Assembly (NCBI GenBank): GCA_040285825.1
Contig: JAUPSS010000001.1
Coordinates: 2,790,001-2,854,000 of the forward strand
Reading direction: 5' to 3'
From: Eukaryota sp. TZLM1-RC
Lineage: Eukaryota; Protista; Metamonada: BaSk clade
Length of the DNA: 64,000 nt
Positions 20,271-32,520 of this stretch are shown one piece after another. Under the pieces are notes generated by a model. The model did no database searches. It was given only the letters and a program-made list of their open reading frames with translations, and was not told the DNA's origin. The position numbers were made by a program, and so were the translations under genes. Every line of letters starts with the position of its first letter. Position 1 is the first letter of the stretch.

Positions 20271-23200
20271 ATGATTGCGACTATAGATTCGGCTGCGTTT
20301 TGTTCAGTTATTACTGCAGATTTAGCTGAACAATGCCATATGTCAATCAATAGCAAGGATACTATTAAGTTCTTACCAGCTAATAACGTATCCACAAAAT
20401 CGCTAGGGAGTGCAACTGGTATTCTGTCGTTCAACGTAGGAAGCATTGCGCAACAAGTTCACTATAAACATACTCTTCCCATAATCCCGGGTTCGAACAA
20501 ATTATTAATAGGGACAGACATGTTAAAAGCACTTGGGCTTCAGACGGATGATGGTCTTTTCATTAGATTAGACAAAGAACACCGCACTTTGCTAAATGCA
20601 GAATCAGAATTCGACTCTAGGATCGCTCAACATTCGATTGGGAACTTAGATAACCAATCACCAAGTCCTTCTGATTTTGAGGAGCAATTAGCAAGATCTG
20701 GATGTGAGATAAATTTAGATGATAGTAATAATAAATTAAAATTAACGAGTCTACTAAAATTATTCAGCGATGTTTTTAGTGAAACTCCTAATAGAAAAGG
20801 AATCGATTGTAATCCTCTAACAATCCCCTTTAGAGATGAGAATGCTATAGTACATAAACCTGCTAGACGGTTAAATCCCAGCAAAATGGAAATAGCAAAC
20901 AAAATATTTGATGAACTGATCGAAATGGGCTATGCAGTTGAATCTAATTATAAATTCAGCTCTCCTATTGTCTTAGTTATATACTTTGACGGCAAAAAAC
21001 CCAGGTTAACTGGAGACTTTAGTGGTAAAGATGGAGTTAATGCCCATACGATTTCAGTAGAGCCTAATCTACCTAGGATTAGTGATATTTTAGAGTTTTT
21101 AAGTAGAGCAGATTACATAGCCACGCTTGATTTACCAAAAGCTTTCTGGCAGATGAATGTAGCTGAAAAGGACATTGAGAAAACATCAATCTCAATCCCT
21201 GGAAGGTCAATTATGTTTAAAAGAGCTTGCTTCGGATTAAAGAATATCCCAGCAGTTTTTCAAAACGTAATGATGGAAATATTCCAAATTGATGGCGTTT
21301 TCATATACATTGACGATATCATAATAGTTGGAACGACATTCGAAGAATTTTATAAGAGATTACAAAGAGTCCTCCAATGCGCCAGAAATAGACGTGTAAA
21401 TATAGGCTTACGTAAATGTAAATTCGTAACATCAAAACACCCTATCGACATTTTAGGAAGTACCTTCCAGGATAAAACTAGATTTATAAGTAAGAAAAAA
21501 ATCGAAGCCTTGATGAGAATCCCTAGACCAAAAACAGTGAAAGAAGTTCGCTCATTGGTAGGATCCATAAATTACATTAGAGATTGGCTTCCAGGTATTT
21601 CTGAATTAATTGCTCCAATTAACGAGCTAATTAAAGGAAAACCCAGAATAATTAAATGGACTAGCAAGCATGACGATTACTTAAAACAAATAAAAGACTT
21701 AATAGTAAACCACATGCCCCTTGAATTACCAGCTCCGGGCAAGCGAGTATTGATAAGTACTGACGCTTCAGATGTAGCAGTAGGAGGTGTTATTTGGCAA
21801 GAAATTGAACCCTACTCCCCTGCAGGAACCCCGCTAAATAAAAGGAAAGTAAAACCTTTGTCATTCTATAGTAGATTACTTACAGAAACACAAAGAAAAT
21901 GGTCCACCTTACAAAAAGAATTATATGCAATACTTTTGATTTTAACTGAAAGTTGTTTAGAAAGCTACCTGTTAACTAGACATTTAACAATTTTCACAGA
22001 TCATAAAAACATTGCATTCCTGGCAACAGCCCCAGAGAAAAATAGAATTGTAAAGAGATGGCTGCCGATACTATCTGAATTCAACTTTGACATAGTCCAC
22101 GAACCTGGTGAAGACAACCATTGGGCAGATATGTTATCGAGGAATATTGATTTGGATCAAAATGAGGAAGCTCCTTCTATTTGTAGTATAAATATACCAG
22201 ATACTTTACTTTCAAATTACGAGATACCTCCACTAGACGATGATTCTGATTCGGACCTTGAAGACATCCCATCAATCTCATCTCTAAGTAGACACCAAGA
22301 CCTACCTATCTTTTCTTCTTGGTTCTCTAAGATAAGATCTGAACAACAAATAGCCAAAAATAACAACGACTCGTTATTTGAAAATGCAATTCTAGATGAA
22401 AATACTCAAATTTGGAAAAATAATAAAAACAAAATTTTGATTCCAAAGAGCCTCAAAAAACAGGCACTTCTATTAATACATGGTTTGGTTCAATCTGGCC
22501 ACCCTAGCAAAAACGATAGTTTACACAAACTATCCAAAAGCGATTTTTACTGGCCCAATATGAGAAAGGACCTTATTAATCATGTCAAAAGATGCCCAAC
22601 TTGTCAAAAAACGGCTCCAGTTAAAAGATCAAAAACACCTTCCACAGGATCTTTATGGGCAGATCGTCCTTTTGCCAGATTAAATGTCGATACAATTGGA
22701 CCCCTAAATTCTGACAACGAAGGAAATAAATATCTATTAGTATTTGTAGACTCTTTTACTGGATATACAATTTTAGTCCCTCTAAAAGAACTCAATGCCT
22801 TAGAAACCGCAGATGCCTTGATTTGGAATGTTTGCGCTATCTTCGGCATACCTATGTTAATTCATAGTGATAATGGACCTGAGTTCGCCAATGAGACTTT
22901 CAAAATAGTGTGTAACAGATTAGCGATTGAGATGAGTAACTCAATTCCCCACTATTCAGAAAGTAATGGACTTGTAGAACGTAAACATAGAGACGTTCTT
23001 CAATGCTTAAGGAAACTATTAATAGATTTCAATGATTACGGAAATTGGTCTACATACGTACCTATATCCCAACTATTAATAAATTCTACTAAAAGCAGAA
23101 AAACTGGTTTTACCCCATACGAACTCATGTTCGGTTCTTCGATTAGTCCAAGAACAGACCCTGCTAATATATTAGGAAATTTATCCAAATTTGAAACTAA

Positions 23201-23809
23201 TATCCCTTTATTAGATGACATCAAAATGAAAAACACTCGTCTACAAGAAAAAGGGAAGAAGCAGAGCGTCACCAAACATTAAATACTCCGTCTTCAGTAG
23301 ATAATACTAATTCGTGTTTTATAGTATTTAATATTGGTGACTACGTCTTACGTAAAACCAAGCAAAATAATAAATTGCATGGATCTTGGAATGGACCATT
23401 TTTAGTTATTGACCTTCCTTCCAAATCCACTTTATTATTGAAGAATCTTACTACTGGCACAGAATTAAAAGCTGCCAAGAAAGATTGCAAAATCTATAAC
23501 GCAGAAAATCCACAGGACATTGAATTCCTCAAGGCAGTCGCTGCGGGCGATTCCGAAAAACACGTTATAGAGAAAATCCTCTCAGAATACCACTCTGATT
23601 CAGGTAGTTTCTGTACTGTTCAGTGGTTTGGCGGTGAGACAACAGAAGAGCCACTCCATTCGGTTAGACACTCAGAAGCTTATAAGTTATTTAGTAAGGA
23701 AAACAAGAAAATTGGAAAACGTACCATTAGTCGACGACAAGGTACCTCCAATGAGTCTACGCCTTCTAAGAAGCCTAGACGCAGTAATAGAATTAGGAAG
23801 AGGAGCTAA
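20271..23809 (+). CDS. pol: Element A pol (PR-RT-RNase H-IN-GPF-chromodomain), with a 1-nt frame break near 23250
   Basis: IDSAA protease, LDLPKAFWQ and YIDD RT, TDASD RNase H, HHCC + D,D35E integrase, WNGPF, and VIEKIL..VQWFG..TEEP chromodomain-like tail. Confidence 0.92.
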
Positions 23810-25429
23810 TTCTTAGTTTATATCGATTATTTATATTATATTATATTATTTATATTATATCGATTATATGTATTTATTATAGTTGTTTTGTTAATTGTAT
23901 ATAGTTTTTATTTCATATTCATATAAGCTGATTTATTTTGAAAAAGGGAAGAAGCAGTGTTGGCGCCCTAAGGCTTATATAATATGAATAGAAAATAAAT
24001 CAGACTTTTCTTTACTACAATAGACTTTAGGCAACACATGAATATTTCCCCTATTAATTGAATTGAACGCATTACTAAAATACAACAACATACATTGGAT
24101 TCATTTTGATGAAATAGAACATCTGTAGCAAAGACAGCTGAAGAACTCCATCAGTGGTATTTATACCGTATTGGAACGTTAACAATCTTTTTTGCTTTTT
24201 TATTGAATCTACTTAAACAGCAAGCTGAAAAATTTTGAGCAAAGTTTCAGAAATTGCAATTGGACGAACAGCCATTTTGAAGTTTTTGACAAGTTCAGTC
24301 AAACGTGAACATCATAATTCTTCAAGATATTTGAGCTGGCCAGATAAAACTCTATTAAAAAATTTTGTTATTATAATTAGACAATCTTCTAGAGGAATAA
24401 CCGCAGCTTTGGTATGAACTCTATATAGATTTAGAAATACCTGCAGACTTTTCAAGTTTCATAAAAGTATTAATAATACATGTTAAAATAGAATCGTCCA
24501 ATGGTTGGATTAATTTTGTGTGCAATCTATTGGTGCGATTATTGAGACTAACTGACGATTCATCGAGGAATATAGTAGCACCTACATTGGATGAATTACA
24601 AAGTGCTTATGATACAAATTTGACTGATATTCTAATAAAAATTCTTGAGACGTGTTTGTTCTGGGGCTTGATGGATCACTGATTGTTACTGATGTCAGAT
24701 CCACTGATGTTGTAAAAAGTTCAATGAAAATTTGCACTTTTATTGAAATCATGATTACCAGGAGCTGAGGAGCCCAAATTATACTGAAAAAAATCAACTT
24801 ACACACCTACTACCTAATACCTGCTTTGTCATTTTGCCTTCTTCTTATGTGGAACTTTGAGTGAAGCTGTTTCATCGTTTTTAGATGATTTTTTTCAATT
24901 CGTCAAAAATAAAACTGGAAGAATTTTTTCACCGAACTGTAATATCTTGTCCAAAAAACCAACATCTTGTGCTTAAAGATTTTCCTTCCATCATCAATTT
25001 TGCTGTACATTTGACAATTTACAGATTTGTGGATGTGAATAGGAGCCTCCAACAACTCTCTGTTGCCTAAAGTCTATTGTAGTAAAGAGAAGTCAATGAG
25101 GAAAAGTTGATTTGTTTTTTAATCATATTATATAAGCCTTAGGGCGCCAACACTGCTTCTTCCCTTTTTCAAAATAAATCACCTTATACGAATATGAAAC
25201 TAAAAATATGAACAAATAACTAAATAACTCCAACTACTAAGAACTAAATACCAAATTCTGATGTTTTCTATTGTCTACTATTGATGGTCTTGGCTGTTGG
25301 TTATTGTCTGACATACAATGTAGAGTAACAGAAGTGTAATTTATTACGAAGAGGAATTGTATTCTCTCTTCTTAAGCTAACAGGCGGAATACTAATAACT
25401 AAACTATTAACTATAAATACTATTCAAGA

Positions 25430-28400
25430 CTAACACTGCCTTTTCCTCTCTTTCGAGCGACGAGCCCTGGAAGCTCTAGTCACAGGAGGTGAACTAATGG
25501 AAATATGACGCTTCTTGGGAGGAGCGGATTTAGTACGGCGACGTGCTTTTGAAGTCTTGATAAAGTCTTTATACACGGCAGTATTTTGGACTGTAGACAC
25601 ATGTTCGGTGGTGATCTCTTTTCCAGGCCATTGCACTTGGCAAAAGTCACCATCCTGACTGAGCACTTCTTCAATGATGTGTTCTTCGACATCACCTGCA
25701 GCGACCCAGGAGTGGAACTCATCGTTGGTGGGCAAGCTGGAGTGCCAGGGTGCTAAATGTTTGACGCTAGCTTGGACAATCGTACCTGTGCAGAGATTCT
25801 TAATATTCACAGACGAATTGGATACGATTTCAGTAATTAGGAAGGGTCCTAAATAGTCTCCATGAAGCTTAGCGGAAGAGCCAGATGCTCTCAATACCAA
25901 TTGACCAACTTCAAAAGGGTTTGGAGTTGACGATCTAGTTAGCTTGGAAGCTTTGGAAGCTTGATGGTGTGCTGCCTTTTCCTGTTTCTCTTTCAATCTT
26001 CGAAATTTAGATTGAATTTCTTGAATAAAAGATGACTCAGACGTCGAGCTTTCAATGATTTCAAGAATTTTGCCAGGGTCTGATCTGGGGGACACATCTG
26101 AGCCAAAGATCACTTGGTATGGGGTGTGGTTGGTTATTGAGCTCTTGGAAGAGTTGATCAATAATTGCACATAAGGCAAGTATTCAGACCACACATCGTA
26201 GGCATTGAAGTCTACGAGCAATTTCCGTAGGTTTTGCAGGATGTCTCTGTGTCGGCGTTCTACCAGGCCGTTGGACGGAGAAAACCTAGGTATTGACTTT
26301 GACACCTCTATGCCCAAAAATTTGCTTAATTCGTCAAAGACAGCCTTGGAAAATTCGGGTCCATTATCGCTGTGGATTTGAAATGGAATACCAAAGATGG
26401 CACAGACTTTCCAAATTAATGCATCTGCAGTAAGATTGGCATTTATCTCTTTTAAAGGCACGATGATCGTGAACCTAGAGAAGCTGTCAATAAATACGAG
26501 GATGTATTTGTAGCCTTCTTGATCTTCTGGAAGAGGACCAATGACGTCGGCGTTGACGCGAGCAAAAGGTCTGTCAGCCCACAATGAACCGGTTGGGGGA
26601 ACATGCAGTTTGGGAACTGGCTTTGTTTTCTGACAGGAGGGGCATTCTTGGACGTGCTTATTCATGTCGGTGAGCATGTTTGGCCACCAATAATCGCTGT
26701 TTCTGAGCTTGTTCAGGCTTTCAGCTTTGCTTGGATGACCTCCTTGCAGAAGTCCATGCAACAAGTTAAGGGTGTCCTTAATGAGTGATTTGGGAATCAC
26801 TATCTTGTTGTCGTGAGTCATATATAAATCAAGATGATTGTTATGAACACAGTTGTTGAAAGAGGGGTCTTTGGATGCTATGGCAAGCTTCTGTTCGGAC
26901 CTAATCCTACAGAGCCATGGCTCGAAAATAGGCAGGTCGTTGGAACATCGTTCTCTGATGACCATGATACGTTCGAAGTTGTTTAAGTCTTCGATGTAGT
27001 ATCTTTCATTTTCTGTTCCATCAATTTTATCAATGTAAAATATTGGATGAAAATTTGGAGGCATTTGATGGGACAAATGATTGATCTCTTGATGGTCTAT
27101 AGGCGGAACTATTCGAGACAACATATCAGCCCAGAAGTTATCTTCCCCTTTGGTATGTACCAAATCAAAGCAGAATTCAGAGAATATGGGTAACCATCTT
27201 GTTACAATTCTGTTCTTCTCAGGAGCCGTGAACATGTAGGTAAGGTTTTGATGGTCTGTGAATATAACCAGTTTCCTTCCTTTCAAGTAGTTTTCAAAAC
27301 CACTTTGAGTTAACATGAGTAGGATAGCATAGAGTTCCTTTTGGTTTGTCGGCCAGTTCTTTTGCGAGTTGGTTAACAACCGGCTGAAGAAGCTGATAGG
27401 CCTACATTTCCTGTTGATCAGGGGGGTACCGGGGTCGTCGACTTGTTCGATTTGTTCCCATATGACGCCGCCTACAGCAATGTCGGATGCGTCGCAACTA
27501 ATTAAAATTTGGTTTTCCAGCGGAGGTAAGCTGAGCGGCATGTGCTTCGCTATCAGTTGTTTGATCTTTTGAAGGAGTTCGTCGTGCATGTCGGTCCATT
27601 GAAGGCGTTGCGCGCGGGGTTTGGGTTTAACTTTGGAGTTATTTCCATCCTTCTTAGTCAATCTGATGATAGGAGCGATGAGCTCAGATACCTGAGGAAG
27701 CCATTTTCTAATGAAGTTGATTGATCCTACGAGGCTGCGGACGTCTTTGATTGTCTTTGGTCTAGGTAGATTCAGCAAAGATTCAACGCGAGTGGGATCG
27801 ATAGTCCGTTGTTTGTTTTGGAAAACACTGCCCAGTATCTTGATTGGGTGTCTGGAAGACACGAAATGGCACTTTGGAAGTCCCAAGGAAACTCTTTTGC
27901 ATCTGGCTTGATCAAGGACGCGACGGAGGCGTTCAATGAATTCGTCAAAGGTTGAACCTATGATTATGATGTCATCTATGTAAATGAAGACACCGTCTCC
28001 CGAGAAGATGTCAGCCATGACGTTTTGGAAAACGGCTGGGACATTCTTTAGGCCAAAAGCTGGACGTTTGAACATGATGCTTTTGCCAGGAATGCTCAGG
28101 GCTGTTTTCTGCCAATCCTTTTCGGCAATCTTGAGTTGCCAAAAGGCTTTGGGGAGGTCAAGGGTGCCTATGTAGTTCGCTTGGGAGGGAAATACCAGCA
28201 CATCGGAGATCCTTGGAAGGTTGGGCTCAACAGGAATGGTGTTGGCGTTGACTCCGTCTTTGCCACTATAGTCACCGGTAAGGCGGGGCTTACGGTGATC
28301 TGGGTAGACCACTAGACAGACAGGGGAGCTGAACTCATGGTTCGATGGGACAGCAAATCCTGAGTCTACGAGTTCGTCGAAAATTTGGTTAGCGACCTCT

Positions 28401-30667
28401 AGCCTGGCTGGATTCAGAGTCCTGGGGGGTCTTCTAACTCTGACGTCTTCGTTGTAGAAGTTTATTTCCATGGGAGGGCAATCAATACCTTCAGCATGAG
28501 GCTTGAGGGTAAATACGTCTTCGAACTCCTTCAAAGTTTGAAGTAGGGACTTCTTGAAATGGTCGTTGTCGAGGTTGATGGTACAACCAGATGAGTTGAT
28601 GTGTTCCAACCAACGTGTGGAAACGTTGACGACTTCCGAAGCTTGTGATATTCGATGATCGAATTCAGCTTCAGGTAATAGTAATGTGCGACAGGCGTCG
28701 TCCATTCTAATATAAATGCCCTTGTTGTTCATCAGTCCAAGGTGACTCAGCAAGTCGGCACCAATGAGAATGGTCTCGTGTCCAGGAACGATGCTGAACT
28801 TGTGTTTCACATGTACAATCTGGGTAACACAGCCTAGTCTAATACTAAGGGTTCCAGAGGCAGTACCGAGGGACTGTGAGGTGGATCCATCAGCAATCTT
28901 GTAGGATATGGTTTCGTTGGAACGTGCCATGTTACAATTGCTGATGACGTCTTCCGTGACTACTGAGCATGTTGCGCCAGAGTCGATTATGCCTTTAACC
29001 TCGACATTGTTGATCGAGAAGTTTAATTGAAGGCAGTTGGTTGTGGATTTTATGGATTGTACCATAAATATTGTATCAGAATCATATTCAGCTTGTTCTG
29101 AGAAGAAATTAGCTTGAATGTTATGTGTCTTGGTGTGTTCCAAGTTGGCCAAAGGATTGATTAGGGAATCTTTCCATGTTGTGTTTTCTGTGTGGGAATG
29201 TGTTGTAGTTGTAGGGGGTATGGTTTCAAAACTGTGTAAATAGTGACGGGAACGTTTATTATATGATGAAGAGCCCTTGCCTCTGCCGCGAGTGCCTCTT
29301 CGACTACGGAAACCAGAACCTCTAGAACCTCTGCTTCGAGCTTTGAGTTGAGCTTGTTGCTCTCTCCACTTTTTGCTTCTTTGGCAGTCCTCACTAGGGC
29401 ACCTTTCAGTCGGATGACCCATTTGTTTACAGAAATTGCATTGGACGTTGGGATCAGACTGAGTGGAAGACGGTTGAGTAGAGATTCCTTCTCGTCTTTG
29501 TTGTTTTGGGCGCCTGCCAGAGCTGGAACCTCTTGGTTTGGGGATAGCAGGGGGGGAAGGTACCGTCTGTCTGCGACGGTTCTCAGTCTGAAACGAGATT
29601 CTATTCTGATACAAGAAGTCCACGTGATTGATCTGCTCCTTGAAAGATCTAGCATTACAGAAATTTTCGTATTCTATTTGGAGAACACTGAAAAATTCTC
29701 CTAGGGTGTGGCCATCTGAGTAGTAATGGGAGGGATTGGACCAGATCCTGAGGAGTCTGTCCCTGATGATGGTAATACCGATGCTTTCAATGACGTGAGA
29801 AGCAATTTCTTATTCGGGGAGTCGGTCGACGGGGTTTCCGTGGATGGTGATGTTTCTCATTTGATGAGTCAGACCACGAACGTCTTGGATAGCGGTGGAA
29901 CGCGTTAAGACTCTGCCTATGTTAAGCATGAAGTCTATCCATCTGTTACCATAATCTCTCTCAGACCAATCCATGTGTACAGCATGAAGTGCGTCCAGCG
30001 CTTGATCCAGTCTACTGAATTGGGTTCTCCTTAGGATCTGTTCCCAAATGTTGCGTTCGTCTCTGCTGGTTGGGACCATGGCGGAGGAAATTGAAAGGCC
30101 AGTGCCTTGATACCTTAAAGCGTTGAGAGCTTCAGGTGTAACGCATTCAGCTAAGCCTCTAGGACTAATGCGCATGGCAGATCTGAAAAGATCCCATTCA
30201 TGAATTGGTTCACTGTCGAACCGTTGGTCAGATGCCAGTTCTGCTGATCTAGCTCGTTCAAGTTCTTCACGAAGTCTAGCAACTTCGCTGGCTAAAGCAA
30301 CTTGGGCAGGATCCTCGATGTTGCCTCGAGCCTCGTCTACAATTCTATCTGTACGACTCCAGAGGATAAACTTGTTAACAAACTTGAGGAGTTTATCAAC
30401 ATCTCTTAAATCAGTCGCGTCGAGAGTTGGACGTTTGGGGCGGTCTCTGCGTCTGTTGTCTCTATCTCTTGATCCCACCATGGAAGATAGGAGAAGGTTA
30501 CTATCGTAAGTACCTGAGAAAGTAGAACGTGAAGAACTAACCGTAGAAGGTGTTGGTTGAGCCGTGTGTTGTGAACTTGTTGAGCCTGTGGAAGAAGGTG
30601 TGGGTGGAACCACTGATTGTTCCATAGGCTGTGCAGGTGCTGGAGTTTGTTCCATTGGTGCTAGCAC
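25430..30667 (-). CDS. pol: Element D gag-pol in one frame, with one in-frame TAA at 29810-29812
   Basis: CNFCKQMGHPTERC knuckle, IDSGA protease, YIDD, CDASD, HHCC, DDE, YLGPF and chromodomain-like tail. The frame reads on past the TAA into the 1397-aa ORF. Confidence 0.9.
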
Positions 30668-32520
30668 AGTTGAATTGAGTCTGGAGTTGGGGACTCATCA
30701 CTGACTTCTACTACAACATCCTCTTCAGTTTGTTCCATGGGAGAATTATGCGAGGGTTCTGTAGAAGTTTCCACAGGTTGATCTGTGGAAGGTGGAACTT
30801 CGCGTTGGTGAGGTTCAGGAGAAGGTTCTATCTCTTCAATCTGGGCTGGAACCTGGTAAGAAGAGATCGCTGGTTGAACCAAGCGTGTTTTCTCTATACG
30901 ACCTTCTACCATTACCCACTTTAACATCCTGGATTCTATACATCCAGGGAAAATGGTGACGATCTGGAGGGCTCTTTGAAGATTGCCTGATCTTCTGTGG
31001 TCAGGACCACAATATGAAGCTATATGGTCAGGACGTCTGTCGTAAAGAAAGAGTCTTTCACCATGTGTGGTTTCGGTAAACCACCACCCTGTTCTTTAAT
31101 CTCTGTCGATAAGGATATCGAGAGATGCGTTGTACCCAGGGCTGAACCTAGGGTATGGGCAAGGGTTGTGAACATTTAAGAAGAGGTTGTGTTCATCTCC
31201 AGCGAAGCGTCTGAATACTCCTTCTCGAGTAGTTCTCATGAACCTAACTCCGGGTCTTGGTTCGTGAGTTGGTTCTGGGTCATTCCTGGAGGTTTCTGGG
31301 GTGATCCTTTCATCGGTAAGAAATGGACCTATTCTGGGAGAGATCCATAATCCTAAGTCGTTCTCGACTTTGGGACCGTAGAAAGGAGGCCGTTTGTTGC
31401 TCATCTCCGTGGGAGGGATGGCTTCTGGATCCTCTGGAATGACTCGTGTGTCCCTATATCTAGCGTAAGGGTTGTGCTGACGGGAAGCACCATGATGAAC
31501 ACTCGAGCTAGCGTAGCAGCTAGTTTGAGAAGGGGTAGGTTGAGCATGTATAGAGGATGTTCCTCTTCTAGCTTCAATCTCTCTATCCAGTCTTTTTTTG
31601 TGTTCCCAGTTACGTTCTTCTTGAAGAAAACGCTCTACATATTCTTTAGAGACCTCACCAGGAATTCTGTCAAATTCAGATGGAGGTGCCATGGAAGGGA
31701 CCTGATGTTGAGGTAGAGGGGAGAATTCCTTGGGAGGTTCCTCGTACTCTACCAAATCTGAAAAGATTTGTTCGTACCTTTTCCTTTTCTCTTCAGAAAA
31801 ATATGAAGGAAGGTTCGAAGGGCCAGGAATGGAATCACTAGCCTGGTGAGGGGAAACAGACAGATTATTAACTACACTAACTGTTGAAGTTAGAGGAGAT
31901 CCTGAAGTTGGAACAGCAGGATTTTGAATATTCCTCCTAACAGTTGGAACTGGAGGGAGGAGCTGTTGAGGATGAGAGGGTGCAACCTCAGAACTGGATG
32001 AAAGGGATGAAGATGGTACTTCAATGGCCTTTGTAGAGGAGGAAGAGGGTTGATCTTCTAATCCTTCCTTTGACGCGAGAGAAGGTTGAACAGTCTCTCT
32101 GTTCTGAGTAGAAGGTGAAGATGGTACTTCAGAACTTCTTTCAGGGAGGGGAGAAGATGGGACTTCAGATACCCTCAGTTGCGAAGGAGGGAGAGGAGCA
32201 ACGGAATCCTCAGCATCTTCATCGTCGTAGGAGACTAATGAAGGGCTTCTTCCTTCCGAAGGAATAGAATCCTTAGGAGGGTTGTCTCCTTCCACAGAAA
32301 CGGAATCCAGAGGAGGGGAACTATTTTCCTTTGGGGTGGAACCCTCAGGAAGAGTTGCTTCAGAAAGCGCAGAAGCTTCAACCGAAGAAGGAGGCACGGA
32401 AGCAGGGTCTGTGGTTAGTGATGAGGAAGAGGGACCAGTCTCTTCCTCAAGGATCCTACGCTGAGCCGGGGACGACCCAATACGTATTGATGGTCTTGGC
32501 TGTTGGATATTGTCTGACAT
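30661..32520 (-). CDS. Element D ORF1 (Ser/Pro/Glu-rich); starts inside the 5' LTR; one in-frame TAA at 31096-31098
   Basis: ATG at 32520 lies within LTR 32488-32641. The frame continues past the TAA into ORF 30661-30927. Confidence 0.7.

Larger units (their letters stand above)
16848..24036 (+). mobile_element. Element A: Ty3/gypsy LTR retrotransposon with a chromodomain-like integrase tail, 7189 bp
   Basis: Identical 79-bp TG..CA LTRs (16848-16926, 23958-24036), CATG TSD, PPT at 23940-23957, PR-RT-RH-IN order. Confidence 0.95.

Noticed and set aside
25430-32520. Alternative genetic code (TAA/TAG = Gln) to explain the in-frame TAAs
   Set aside because: Most host genes end in TAA or TAG at the expected C-termini, and the 1397-aa pol has no in-frame TAR.
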